Made by a program: the position numbers and the translations under genes. This document shows positions 27,829 to 38,088 of a stretch of DNA of 56,702 nucleotides, piece by piece (positions within the stretch are counted from its first letter, which is position 1; the number at the start of each line of letters is the position of its first letter). A model generated the notes under the pieces. It was not told the DNA's origin, did not search any database, and worked only from the letters and a program-made list of their open reading frames with translations. The stretch covers positions 1-56,702 of the forward strand of contig JBHLRP010000020.1 in NCBI GenBank assembly GCA_048882485.1. The letters are read 5' to 3'. The DNA is from Candidatus Thorarchaeota archaeon. Its GTDB lineage: Archaea > Asgardarchaeota > Thorarchaeia > Thorarchaeales > Thorarchaeaceae.

Positions 27829-29243
27829 TAGCTACCACCTCCACTGGCGACAATTTGATCTATGGCATCCACAAGCTCATCAATTGCATCCTTTGTGTGA
27901 ATCTCTGTAAAACATACAAGCATAGATTCACCGAGTTCCGGGAAGTCCGAGGTCAGAATCTTGCCGCCGTGAATTCCTCGGTCCAAGAGACCCTGATGAA
28001 CCGAATGAGCTGAAACACCATCGGCAAAAGAAATCACGAATTCCTTCCAAAAGGCATTACCAATTGAGGGCGCCTGCACACCCGATAGTGCATTCAGCCT
28101 GTTGGCTGCGTAGTGTGATTTGTAGGCGATTGCTTCTCCAAGTTCTCTGAAACCATCTGGACCCATTAATGATGTATCTATAGCAGCAGTGACAGCAATG
28201 AGCGCCTGGTTTGAACAGATGTTGCTTGTAGCTTTCTCCCTACGTATGTGCTGCTCGCGGGGACTTAGTGTCAGGACGAATCCCCGTTTGAATGGTTCTT
28301 CAGAAGTCCTTGTCATTCCCACAAGTCGACCTGGCAATTGACGAATTAGCTTCATGTCATCAATACAGCCGAATATTCCAAGAAGAGGCCCGCCATATGA
28401 TATGGGGGATCCAAGGCCTTGTCCCTCCGCGACGACAATGTCTGCTCCATAATCGCCTGGTGGACGCAATATACCCATTGACATTACGTCAACTCCTGCA
28501 ATTAGTAGGGCGTTTGCGTCATGCACCAGCTCATTGATTTTGTTGACATTCGCCTCTATGAATCCGAGATAACTGGGATTCTCAAGATACACCCCTGCAA
28601 CGTCCTCGCCTAGTCTAGACTTGAGGGCGGCAAGGTCCATCTGTCCGCTCTTTTTGTCATAGTCTATCTTTTCAACCTCTATACCAAGAGGCTCTGCATA
28701 GGTGTTGATGACTCTCCAATGAACTGGATTAATTGTGCCTGGAACCAGGACTCGGTTACGCTTCTTTTTCACTCTAACACTCATCAGGACAGCTTCAGCA
28801 AGTGCACTTGCCATGTCATACATGCTGCTATTGACAACTTCAATCTCTAGCAGCTCAGCCATCAGACTCTGATATTCAAAAAGGGTCTGAAGCATCCCTT
28901 GACTGATCTCCGGTTGGTAGCTTGTATATGCAGTGACAAATTCTGACCGCCCTGCTAGGGCTCTTGTGGCAGAAGGTATGTAATGCATTCCAAGCCCGTC
29001 ACCAAGGAACACCCTCCCACTGTGCGCTGGCTTATTCTTGTCTGCTAGCTCCTGCATCCTTCGTGCTACTTCTATTTCTGTGTGAGACTCGGTGATTTTC
29101 AAATCACGACCAAGTCTGAACTTCTCGGGAATATTCGAGAAGAGGTCGTCAAGACTCTTCTTTCCTATCGATTTGAGCATCTCTTTTTTCGCGCCTTCAG
29201 TCAACGGAAGCCACGGATGTTTGAATTCCATAGATTGGGCCAC
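27828..29243 (-). CDS. gcvPA: Glycine dehydrogenase (decarboxylating) subunit 1
   Basis: YQPEISQG, REQHIRREKATSNICSNQAL. Confidence 0.97.
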   Translation of the reverse strand: MAQSMEFKHPWLPLTEGAKKEMLKSIGKKSLDDLFSNIPEKFRLGRDLKITESHTEIEVARRMQELADKNKPAHSGRVFLGDGLGMHYIPSATRALAGRSEFVTAYTSYQPEISQGMLQTLFEYQSLMAELLEIEVVNSSMYDMASALAEAVLMSVRVKKKRNRVLVPGTINPVHWRVINTYAEPLGIEVEKIDYDKKSGQMDLAALKSRLGEDVAGVYLENPSYLGFIEANVNKINELVHDANALLIAGVDVMSMGILRPPGDYGADIVVAEGQGLGSPISYGGPLLGIFGCIDDMKLIRQLPGRLVGMTRTSEEPFKRGFVLTLSPREQHIRREKATSNICSNQALIAVTAAIDTSLMGPDGFRELGEAIAYKSHYAANRLNALSGVQAPSIGNAFWKEFVISFADGVSAHSVHQGLLDRGIHGGKILTSDFPELGESMLVCFTEIHTKDAIDELVDAIDQIVASGGGS

Positions 29244-29380
29244 CAGTTATTCTTGCTGACTCTGGTCCGAGGGACCCGGTAAAATAGCCTTTCCTCTTGA
29301 CCCAGAAGGATGACTTGAAAGGCTCGAATGCTTTTTATGTGATTTGAAGAGAGGGCTTTCATGCAGGAGGCTCTGAACTC

Positions 29381-29701
29381 ATGAAACCATGGCTGATGGA
29401 TATTCTGGCGTGTCCAGTGAAAGAGTGCAGAAGCGAGCTGCAGCTGGATGTCTACGAGAGCCACACCAAGCATATAGAGGAGGAGGAATTTGAGGAGATC
29501 GAGGCTGCGCTAATAACCTGTCCAAAGTGTGGTCGTTGGTACCCTGTAATTGATGGAATCCCCTGCATGTTGCCTGATGACCTTAGGATGACAGGAAAGC
29601 AGAATATTGAGGAGACTGCATTTCTAAGGCGATGGAAAGAACGCATTCCTTCCGAAATCCTTGAAAAGGGAGTGCCATTTAGCCTGCCAACCGAAGATTG
29701 A
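29381..29701 (+). CDS. trm112: Trm112-family methyltransferase activator
   Basis: DILACP...CPKCGRWYPVIDGIP. Confidence 0.9.
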   Translation: MKPWLMDILACPVKECRSELQLDVYESHTKHIEEEEFEEIEAALITCPKCGRWYPVIDGIPCMLPDDLRMTGKQNIEETAFLRRWKERIPSEILEKGVPFSLPTED

Positions 29702-29732
29702 AAGGTCTTGGTGTCTGCAAAAGGATACAATT

Positions 29733-29808
29733 AGCCCCGTGGTGTAGCGGTCCAGCATTGAGGGTTTTGGCCTCTCAGACCCAGGTTCGAGTCCTGGCGG
29801 GGCTACCA
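29733..29808 (+). tRNA. tRNA-Gln(TTG)
   Basis: AGCCCCG/CGGGGCT acceptor, GAGGG-TTTTGGC-CTCTC, TTCGAGT, encoded CCA. Confidence 0.95.
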
Positions 29809-29809
29809 C

Positions 29810-30655
29810 CTACTTCTCCTTTACACCAATAGGCTCAGATGGGTCCTCGATTTGTACTCTGAAAAGCCTCTTGACCTGAGTCAGGACAAGACGACTTCCA
29901 TTGACTAATACTTCAATCTCTATATGGTCTTGAAGACCCGAGGTCGATATCTTCTTCTCGAGAACTGCTTGGACTTGAAAGACCCCGGCCGGATTGTCCA
30001 TGACTACGGTCAATCTGAGCGGCTTTTCCCCTTTGTCTAGAATTATGTCCCGAATGGCCATAGCACTGACAGAGTGTATGTCAACTTTTCCTTTCTGAAA
30101 AGGTATGATTGTACGACCTTTTGTCAGGTCGCAACCATCGCCCAGCTTAGTGATACCAGCTTCAAATGTCAAACATTGTGTGTCATCATCATGTGCGTAA
30201 ATCCCATGCGCAATGAAGCTGAGAATATCAGTTGCTTTGGCCGGATCGTCATATATCTCAACCAATTTGGATTCAAGGATAGGGATAGCCAAAGACAATG
30301 ATGCTTGAGGATGTTCAGTCCTATGCACAACCATTCCTATATCGTGGAGATAGGTGGAGGCCAGTACAACAAGACGGGCGTCATCAGTGTCACCAATCCC
30401 TTCAGCTACAATGTTGGGCTGGAATGTTTCGTCTAAGATGTCAAAGGCCTTTAGTGCATTCCATGTAGCCACTTCAGCATGAACATGCCCATGGTCTGTG
30501 TATCCAAGCCTAGAAACAGCCATCCTATTTGCAGTCCGAAGGTATGATTGGACTTTAGGAGAGCCAGCAAGATATTGATACATCTGCAATGCCTTTGTTT
30601 TCGGAGTTAAGAGCTCGCGCGCGCTGACTCCATCGCGATTGAGGAATTCGTTCAT
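29810..30655 (-). CDS. HD-domain phosphohydrolase (COG3294-like)
   Basis: RLGYTDHGHVH, YLHDIG, DIHSVSA. Confidence 0.9.
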   Translation of the reverse strand: MNEFLNRDGVSARELLTPKTKALQMYQYLAGSPKVQSYLRTANRMAVSRLGYTDHGHVHAEVATWNALKAFDILDETFQPNIVAEGIGDTDDARLVVLASTYLHDIGMVVHRTEHPQASLSLAIPILESKLVEIYDDPAKATDILSFIAHGIYAHDDDTQCLTFEAGITKLGDGCDLTKGRTIIPFQKGKVDIHSVSAMAIRDIILDKGEKPLRLTVVMDNPAGVFQVQAVLEKKISTSGLQDHIEIEVLVNGSRLVLTQVKRLFRVQIEDPSEPIGVKEK

Positions 30656-30726
30656 TTTAAGCCCTCGAGGGGGAAATCCACTTGTTGGTTCCTATGATAA
30701 GACTTGCGAAAGCTGATTAGCCACTC

Positions 30727-33705
30727 TTAAAGGTCACCGGCTTCCTCTTGGATAGTCAAAAGAGCACGATCAATCGCACTTGTCGCCTTCTGAATCGTCT
30801 TGAGATAGTCTTGACGGGACTTTTCGAAGGCAACTCGACTGATTCGCTGCTTCTTTTTCCGAAGCAGAAGCTGACGGAGTCCTGCCTTCGCACCTTCAAT
30901 CCGCTCATTGTGAAGCTCCAACTGAGACACCATATCACGGTATCTAGCGCCATGTTTGGAGAGCTCATCCTTCACCCGAGGAAGATCAGAGTCAATCTTA
31001 TCGAGCTGTGACTTGATATCACGCTCACGAATCATGAACTCTCTCTTCTTCACCTTGCCTCGCCTTCTTGCAGCTTCCAATTTCTCAAGGTCCATATTTA
31101 GAGCGGTCTTCCTAGAGTAGAGGTTTGCAAATTGGCGAAGTAGTTCTGGAGGGGCTCCAGACTGTCGTTGCTCTTCGACTTCATAGTCTTCCTCATCAAA
31201 CTCACCTCTCTCAATATCCAGGTGCACGCCTCTATAGGAAATGTAGGCAAGAGCTAGAAGACCTACAATTACAGTGAAGGTGAGAGGCCTTGCGGCGATG
31301 AGGGGGGATACTTGATACAAGAGCAGTATTTCTATTGGATTGTAGTTGGTCGTGTTGTACATATCATATCTCAAAGTTGTGTCAAACACACCATGTAATA
31401 GTCTGTATTCTCCGGAAACACTCAAGGTATTCACGGAATAGGGCAGAACCAAATCAACACAGTGATGCTCGATAAGAATATCGTCAAGTGCTCCAAATGG
31501 AATATCCAGAAGATTTCCACCTACGGCGAGTTCCTCATACTCGTTGATTTGAACTATGTATTCTATATTGAATTCGTAGGAGTAGCCGGGTAGGAATTGC
31601 TGTGGTCCAAACCTATCTTCCAAGAGGGTGATTCTAATCTGCCTGGAGGCGTTCCATTCGCCTTCTACAGTAAGTTGTGATTGAACCAGCAAACCAACTC
31701 GGTCATAGACCTTGACATTTGCTGAATAAGCGGGCAGTGTAAATGTGAGCTGACTTTCTGGTGACAACCCAATATTGTCAACGTTAATTGTTTCCTTGTA
31801 TGAAAGCCATCCCCAAGGATCTACTCGGACTACTGTTGTACGTTCTGCAACAATGTGCGGCGTGAAAGATCTGAAAGCATTGGTAAACTCCTCAATGGTG
31901 AGAGGAGCTAGATTCGATGCAGTGGTATCCGGAGATGGATAGTTTGGAGACTGCGAGTCACCCGTTCGATATACCATTGTGAGAGATGCCCGTCTAATGA
32001 CATAAGGCAACACTGGAAACTTCAGGAATGTGAATTCATATTCCTTGTCCGGGATGTTGGTCATAGTGTAGAGAGAATGCATCTGCATTGTCATGGTAAA
32101 TATGTAGGACTCGCCATAGCTGACAGGCTGTGCGAAATGAATGCGCCAACGTAGCATTCCACGCAGGTCCTCAAGTCGAACTACCTCTAGGGCAATGCCG
32201 TCCTGGTCTCTTGCACTTGATGAAAGCAGGTTTGTTTCCCACTCCATTGGAAGATAGATCTCTATTGCAGATATCACAGAAGAGCCGTTGTTTGTGACGG
32301 TAAACCTGTCACTAACGCTGGTCCTCATGTAGGACTCTGTACCAATGCTTCTATCCACATCAAGTTTCATTCCAAGCAGGGCAACGAATGGACGGTCCAA
32401 ATTGAAGACTACAGAGGCAATACCGGTTGCATTTGATGGATCTGTGGAATTAAACCAGATAGTATGAGGGCCCTCTTTGTAGCTGGTCAGGTCCAAACGA
32501 TCTTCCCAGAACGCGGTTTCGCGATTGAAGACCAAATCATTCCATGACTCTTCATCATCCAATCGATATTGGACATTCATTACTCGCGTGTTATCAGTGG
32601 CGTTGACCTCAATATCTGCAATCCATGAGAGAGTCTCTCCGGAGGAAGGACTCTCTATGATAATAGTGGGAGCTGAATTCGGAACCAGCTGCACTATTGG
32701 AGCTTTGGACCAGTGGGTACGTTGATCGGGAAGATTGGCAGTATTTTCTGTATTGCTGAACATAAAGATGAACGGGTACATGAAATCGGTGCTATTCAAG
32801 AGTGGTATATCATCCGAATCCGTAGTGTTCATAGCAATGATGTACTCCACTTGAGTTGTGGTACCATCATCCGATGCATTAGCAGACAGTATTCTGTCTT
32901 GATCAGCATCGACAATATGTTGGAGGGTGCTCAAACCGTGTTCATCACTGTATACAATCTGACTTGCATCAGCGGGATTCTCTCTCCTTGTCGTTCCTTC
33001 TCTAGTTATTCTTGTCAGAGTTATCTCATACTCGAGGTCAAGTCCATAGAGGTCGTGAGTGGGATCAGTGTAGGCCTCTGTCGCAGGAATTATGAAGTGA
33101 CGCACTTCACCGATTCTCATTCCGAAGATTGATTCTCGATACATTGCAAGCGAGGGTAGATTGGCTAGCTGATCTGCTGATTCGTCATTCGGAAAATCGT
33201 TTTCCTGTAATACTGTGCCATTGGGAAGAGTCAGGATATAGTGAACGGTTACAGAGTCTGTGCCAATTGCCCTCCAGACTTCATCTGATGGAGTCCCAGG
33301 AGCATATCCAAAGAGCAAATCGCTATTGTTCAGCCCTGCGGTGGTGAATCTGTCAGTATAGTTTTGCCAACCCACAGCAATCCAGCCAGAAGTTTGAGCC
33401 TTGAGTCCGAGATAGATATGCGTTCCATTGTGTTCCATATAAGCCGATATGCCAGCTACAGGATCTGTATAGTTAGATGCATATTCCCAAGGATCAATAA
33501 TCCCGTCAGCAGCTCCATAGTGCCAGTCCGCAAATGCAACTGATATCATATTTGAGGACTCGGCCACTGAACTTTGCTGCGTAGCATCATGAGCCATATT
33601 GTTAGAGTCCCATGTTCCTGTTGAGGGAACCAAAGCGAGGACGCCACTTGTTAAAAAGAGCGTCATTATCGCGATTGTTCCAATCCGTCTATGCAGCAGG
33701 CTCAA
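30727..33705 (-). CDS. Ribophorin-I-like membrane protein with N-terminal DOMON(+FKBP insert) and Ig-like domains
   Basis: Signal helix; DOMON (TSGWIAVGW..SDLLFG); FKBP (VTVHY..GMRIGE..IPATEAY); ribophorin motif RTTVVRVDPWGWLSYKETI; TM; helical cytosolic tail. Confidence 0.75.
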   Translation of the reverse strand: MSLLHRRIGTIAIMTLFLTSGVLALVPSTGTWDSNNMAHDATQQSSVAESSNMISVAFADWHYGAADGIIDPWEYASNYTDPVAGISAYMEHNGTHIYLGLKAQTSGWIAVGWQNYTDRFTTAGLNNSDLLFGYAPGTPSDEVWRAIGTDSVTVHYILTLPNGTVLQENDFPNDESADQLANLPSLAMYRESIFGMRIGEVRHFIIPATEAYTDPTHDLYGLDLEYEITLTRITREGTTRRENPADASQIVYSDEHGLSTLQHIVDADQDRILSANASDDGTTTQVEYIIAMNTTDSDDIPLLNSTDFMYPFIFMFSNTENTANLPDQRTHWSKAPIVQLVPNSAPTIIIESPSSGETLSWIADIEVNATDNTRVMNVQYRLDDEESWNDLVFNRETAFWEDRLDLTSYKEGPHTIWFNSTDPSNATGIASVVFNLDRPFVALLGMKLDVDRSIGTESYMRTSVSDRFTVTNNGSSVISAIEIYLPMEWETNLLSSSARDQDGIALEVVRLEDLRGMLRWRIHFAQPVSYGESYIFTMTMQMHSLYTMTNIPDKEYEFTFLKFPVLPYVIRRASLTMVYRTGDSQSPNYPSPDTTASNLAPLTIEEFTNAFRSFTPHIVAERTTVVRVDPWGWLSYKETINVDNIGLSPESQLTFTLPAYSANVKVYDRVGLLVQSQLTVEGEWNASRQIRITLLEDRFGPQQFLPGYSYEFNIEYIVQINEYEELAVGGNLLDIPFGALDDILIEHHCVDLVLPYSVNTLSVSGEYRLLHGVFDTTLRYDMYNTTNYNPIEILLLYQVSPLIAARPLTFTVIVGLLALAYISYRGVHLDIERGEFDEEDYEVEEQRQSGAPPELLRQFANLYSRKTALNMDLEKLEAARRRGKVKKREFMIRERDIKSQLDKIDSDLPRVKDELSKHGARYRDMVSQLELHNERIEGAKAGLRQLLLRKKKQRISRVAFEKSRQDYLKTIQKATSAIDRALLTIQEEAGDL

Positions 33706-33891
33706 TCCAAATCACCGTGATTCAATAGGGTCCGCGGTATACTGTCTACTAGATAGGCCGCGAACGATGCGCTCGAACCTCTGGACTCGTTAAATAGGTT
33801 TCGTCATGCGAATCGTTGTACCACTGCATTCTTCTATCCGAAAAGTGTAAAAAAGGGATGCAGTTGTGCCCGGCAAAGGAGACAACCCAAA

Positions 33892-34899
33892 TTGTTGACC
33901 ATCCTCATAGCAATCGCTCTTGCATTCTCGATAGTACTCCTTGCCATGCCTAGCACAATCCGGATTCTAAAAGAAAAGGGCATAGTAGGAGTGGATGTCC
34001 ATAAACTCGACAAGCCAGAGGTGGCGAAAGGAGGGGGCTTTGTAGTTCTGTTTGCTATAGTAGCCTCCCTGCTAATCGTGATTGGAATAACAACCTTTCA
34101 GGGTCAAGAGGTGGATACAGGACTCCTAGCCGCACTGGTTTCAATCCTCCTCGCAGGGATGATTGGGCTATTGGATGACAATCTTGACTTCAGGAATAGG
34201 ACTAAGATAGCACTTCCAATGCTTGCATCAATCCCAATGATGGCTATGCAGATAGGTACAACCACAATGTCAATTCCACTAATTGGGACTGTTGACCTTG
34301 GCGTGCTCTATCCTCTCGTGGTCATTCCTCTTATGATGACATTCATTATCGATTCCACCAATATGTATGGAGGAATGAATGGCTTGGAGGCCGGTCTCTC
34401 GACAATCAACTCCGCAGCTCTTATTCTATATGTGGTGCTCCTATCGCTCATTGACGGGATCGAAACTACGCAGGCGCTTCTTGACTCAGGAGTAGTGGCT
34501 GGAGCGCTTCTTGGTGCATCCATTGCATTTCTCATTTTCAACAGGCATCCTGCAAGGATATTGCCTGGTGACGTTGGAAGACTTCCAATGGGTGCGGCCA
34601 TAGCCACGGCACTCATTTTAGGAAACATGGACAGACTAGCCATTTTCCTTTATGCACCATTTGGTCTCAATTTTCTCCTATACATCTTTTATAGACTCCA
34701 TGTACGCCGCAGAGGAATCGAATATGTGAAGTTCGCCAATCCAAGAGAAGACGGTACTCTCGAGGTCGAGGGCCCATTCACTATGTACTGGATGCTACCA
34801 TACCTTTCAGAGAATGTAACTGAAGAGAGCAATGTTGCTCTGTTGATACTACTACAAGCAGTCATCGCCTTTGGTGCAGTGTTCCTGCTGGCATTTTAA
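33892..34899 (+). CDS. aglH: UDP-GlcNAc:dolichyl-phosphate GlcNAc-1-P transferase (AglH/DPAGT1, MraY family)
   Basis: GVDVHK, GLLDD, NMYGGMNGLE, FNRHPARILPGDVG. Confidence 0.88.
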   Translation: MLTILIAIALAFSIVLLAMPSTIRILKEKGIVGVDVHKLDKPEVAKGGGFVVLFAIVASLLIVIGITTFQGQEVDTGLLAALVSILLAGMIGLLDDNLDFRNRTKIALPMLASIPMMAMQIGTTTMSIPLIGTVDLGVLYPLVVIPLMMTFIIDSTNMYGGMNGLEAGLSTINSAALILYVVLLSLIDGIETTQALLDSGVVAGALLGASIAFLIFNRHPARILPGDVGRLPMGAAIATALILGNMDRLAIFLYAPFGLNFLLYIFYRLHVRRRGIEYVKFANPREDGTLEVEGPFTMYWMLPYLSENVTEESNVALLILLQAVIAFGAVFLLAF

Positions 34900-34908
34900 A
34901 GAGTGATC

Positions 34909-35958
34909 TCACTGTAGTTTGTCAGCAAGATAAGTGTCGACTACAAAATCCATACCATATCTACTGAAAGCCTGTTGCTCAGCTTTTCTTCGCAGCCCTT
35001 GAAACTCAGCAATGTGTTTCTGCCAATCTGGTCCTATGTATCTGATGTCACGTGCAAGCTCGTCTAGTCGTTTGAGGTCTGCACTGGTCATTGGTTCAGA
35101 TGGTAGTGAGTATTCTTGAATATCAGCTGGCGTCACTCCAATCCACTCAGCAGCTGGTATTGTTAGACCTGAGATATGGGCGGCATTAGCACTGCCAGTC
35201 ATCACAACTTGAGCTATGTGCATCCCCCAGGGGTCGCCATCAGTGAATAGAAAAACAGGAAGTCTGAAGGCCTCATGCAGTTTTCGCATCAGGGTACGTG
35301 TGGATCTTGGAGGTTGACCCCCAAGTTGTATAAGAATCGCTTGATAGCGTTTCCAGGCCTTGGTTTCAATCAGTCGAGAGAACATGCCACCAGACTCAAC
35401 TGCCAAAATCATCTCTGCGTCTGTTTCAAGAGGATTGGCTGTCATCAAGGCCCTTCCTATTGGAAAGCCATCAGGACTCAAGGTAAGATCAACCTCTCGT
35501 CCTTCGTATCCTGGGACGGTATAACTCATCTTGACTGACCCAAAAACGGCAGAGTGTTCCTCTGGGAAGATACCAAAAACTTCACGTGGTTTGCCTGTCA
35601 GACACTCAAGGTCCGTAATGATACGATTTGATTCTGCTTGGTCATTGAATCCCACTCCAAAAGCTTCACTGGAGTAATATAGGTCCCTCAATGAACTTGT
35701 TCTATCGCTCTCCAAGAGTTGCTTCGCGAAATATGCAACCCATATCAGTTGAGCAAAGCTTCGGATGTGTTTCAGATTGCTTGAATCTCGCCTAACTTGA
35801 GAGTCTCCAAGCACAAATTGATTCAGTTTTGAATCAAACTCAATATTATCCGTGCCTCGATTGGGAATTTCTATTGTTGGGAATTCTCCGCCAGTTATGG
35901 CTTCATTAATCCGCATCCCCATTGCGGTGAGTATGTCGATTGGATTTTGTTCAGACAT
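34909..35958 (-). CDS. top6A: DNA topoisomerase VI subunit A
   Basis: LRDLYY catalytic Tyr, VE..G, TDGDPWG, KAEQQA. Confidence 0.96.
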   Translation of the reverse strand: MSEQNPIDILTAMGMRINEAITGGEFPTIEIPNRGTDNIEFDSKLNQFVLGDSQVRRDSSNLKHIRSFAQLIWVAYFAKQLLESDRTSSLRDLYYSSEAFGVGFNDQAESNRIITDLECLTGKPREVFGIFPEEHSAVFGSVKMSYTVPGYEGREVDLTLSPDGFPIGRALMTANPLETDAEMILAVESGGMFSRLIETKAWKRYQAILIQLGGQPPRSTRTLMRKLHEAFRLPVFLFTDGDPWGMHIAQVVMTGSANAAHISGLTIPAAEWIGVTPADIQEYSLPSEPMTSADLKRLDELARDIRYIGPDWQKHIAEFQGLRRKAEQQAFSRYGMDFVVDTYLADKLQ

Positions 35959-37468
35959 CAGTGTTCACCTCAAACAGGGATTCGACCATGTGTGCCGTAG
36001 ACGGGGGTGGCTCTGAATCTGCAAGAGCTGAGCTATATTTGGCAATTATTCCGAACATCTCTGAGAATTCACGCATCTTTCTCGCATCGCGCTTGGCCTT
36101 ATCGCGGCGACCTGTATGCTTCCTCAGCGCGCGTCCAAGCTTTCGAATAAGACTAGTGACCTCTACTTCAATCTCTGACGTATGTGCCAATGACTGCTTT
36201 CCAGCTGCCCTGTACGGTACTTTTGTTGAACCAAAATGAATGAAGAGTGCTACAGGCAGGGACATAGAGATCCCGTAATGCTTCCAATTGAGTCGCTTCA
36301 CAATCTTCGTCATTACGTCTTCGCTCCCATCATAGAGTAGGGGGACTCTATTTGCAAAACGATAGAGAGTCGGCGTATCTACATGTGAAAACTCGCTCCC
36401 AAACGCAATGGCTCCTTCCACGAAGAACGGATTTCCCTGCCACTCCGAAGGAGGCTGCCTCGAATACTGCTTCCATGAGGGATGAGAGAGAGATTCAATA
36501 GAAGCAAGGAAGGGCTCCTCACCGATTGGACTAAGACATCTGCTATCAGGACGCCCAAATCCATCAAATCGGCGTAGAGATGAACTCAGACGCGCGATTT
36601 CAGCACGTGTGAGAGACTCGATCTTAACACCTGTATTGAAACCAATGAATTTCAGAAATCTCGCGGCAGTTCTTGAGCCTACTTGCTGAAATTCATCGAT
36701 TAGGAAATCTTGGATTTTCTTTGAAGGGCTCCTTATTATCAATCTCCGCAGTAGTTCCAAATCCGCAGATCTGGGGTGTGGCTTGGAAGATACAGGGGAA
36801 TCCGGGACCCCTTTTGACCAACCGCCTACTCTAACTATTTCGTCACCGTTAAAGTTCAACTCGATGACTGCGTGAGGAGAGGCAATTGTGCTCAGTCTAA
36901 CGTATTCAATGACACGCTCTGAAGCCCGCTTCCAATCACCTCTGAGCGTGAGTGTCACAGTTGTACCGTCTGATAGTCTGACCTCTTCCCGTACGTTCTC
37001 AACAATCGGCAAGTTCTCTTCAATGTCAATAAGGAGGTTGTAGACCCTTCCAGGACCCGAATCGTTCTGAGTGTGAACAACGACTGACGAATCAGTAGTG
37101 ATTTGGCCGTATAGGATTGCCATCGTCACTCCAAGTCCAAAAGTACCTCTCTTCTGCCTCAGATCATATTTGCTGCCATACAAGACCTTTCCAAATGCCT
37201 CAGGTACCTTCTGATAGGGAAGCCCTGTACCATTGTCAGCAACTTTGATGCATAATATATCAGAAGACTGAACAGCGATATCGACCTTTATTAGCGGAAT
37301 ACGCTGTGCATCTTCACAGGCATCTAGGCTATTTTCAACGAGTTCTCGCACCGTAGAATAGACTGCTTGTGTTGAGTTCCCAAATCCTGCCATTTGGCGA
37401 TTCCTGTAAAAGAACTCGGCTGGCGAGAGACTGCGAAAACCTTCCACAGATTGGTCCATCACGGTCAT
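35951..37468 (-). CDS. top6B: DNA topoisomerase VI subunit B
   Basis: SPAEFF, ELVENSLDA, DNGTG GHKL domain, RFANRVPLLY. Confidence 0.96.
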   Translation of the reverse strand: MTVMDQSVEGFRSLSPAEFFYRNRQMAGFGNSTQAVYSTVRELVENSLDACEDAQRIPLIKVDIAVQSSDILCIKVADNGTGLPYQKVPEAFGKVLYGSKYDLRQKRGTFGLGVTMAILYGQITTDSSVVVHTQNDSGPGRVYNLLIDIEENLPIVENVREEVRLSDGTTVTLTLRGDWKRASERVIEYVRLSTIASPHAVIELNFNGDEIVRVGGWSKGVPDSPVSSKPHPRSADLELLRRLIIRSPSKKIQDFLIDEFQQVGSRTAARFLKFIGFNTGVKIESLTRAEIARLSSSLRRFDGFGRPDSRCLSPIGEEPFLASIESLSHPSWKQYSRQPPSEWQGNPFFVEGAIAFGSEFSHVDTPTLYRFANRVPLLYDGSEDVMTKIVKRLNWKHYGISMSLPVALFIHFGSTKVPYRAAGKQSLAHTSEIEVEVTSLIRKLGRALRKHTGRRDKAKRDARKMREFSEMFGIIAKYSSALADSEPPPSTAHMVESLFEVNTDV

Positions 37469-37521
37469 TGTACAACAGTTGAAAGGGCCTATGGCATTAT
37501 TAGCTCGGGTATTACATCGCT

Positions 37522-38088
37522 TCAGAGATCGGTATCTTCCCAGAGCTCTGCCTCCAATCTGCTCATATTTCTACGGGCTCTCTCCAACATCCCGTATACT
37601 GCGCCATGAGGGGCTCCGCCAATTAGCATATCTATGGCTTTCTGGGCATATTGTAGGCCAGGATCATATCCAATGAGAGATACTGTTCTGCCGTAAATCG
37701 AGATCTTTGACTCTGTAATCTGTTCTATTGCTCGTCTAGTTCTACCGTTCTCTCCTATGATTCTGCCAGCTACTCGCTTTAATTGGTTGGGGGATGAACC
37801 AACTACTTCACGCAATGAGATTACGACTAGGCGTGCATCCTCATCAATGAGGGACAGCGCATTCTTGGGGCTGAATCCGCGAGCCATAGCTCGAATTATG
37901 TCTTTGGCTTTCCAAGCTAGGACTGGATCCTCCGTGTCCTCACGACCGGTTATCTTTACGATGCCCTCTGAGTCGACCTCAATCTTTGTATTTGTTAGCT
38001 TCTCTACTCTTTTTCTCACTCTACCGTTACGACCTACGATAACGCCAACACGTTCTGCTGGCACTCTAACAGTTTCGTGTAAGTGCAT
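37522..38088 (-). CDS. KH-domain rRNA-processing protein (aDim2/Pno1)
   Basis: GVIVGRNG and GRIIGENGRTR KH loops, ARGFSP. Confidence 0.92.
   Translation of the reverse strand: MHLHETVRVPAERVGVIVGRNGRVRKRVEKLTNTKIEVDSEGIVKITGREDTEDPVLAWKAKDIIRAMARGFSPKNALSLIDEDARLVVISLREVVGSSPNQLKRVAGRIIGENGRTRRAIEQITESKISIYGRTVSLIGYDPGLQYAQKAIDMLIGGAPHGAVYGMLERARRNMSRLEAELWEDTDL

Noticed and set aside
29244-29325. Glycine riboswitch upstream of gcvPA
   Set aside because: Only two small hairpins; the conserved GGAGA/CCGAAG/CUCUCAGG aptamer motifs are absent.
29624-29809. 61-aa minus-strand ORF MVAPPGLEPG
   Set aside because: Antisense shadow of tRNA-Gln.
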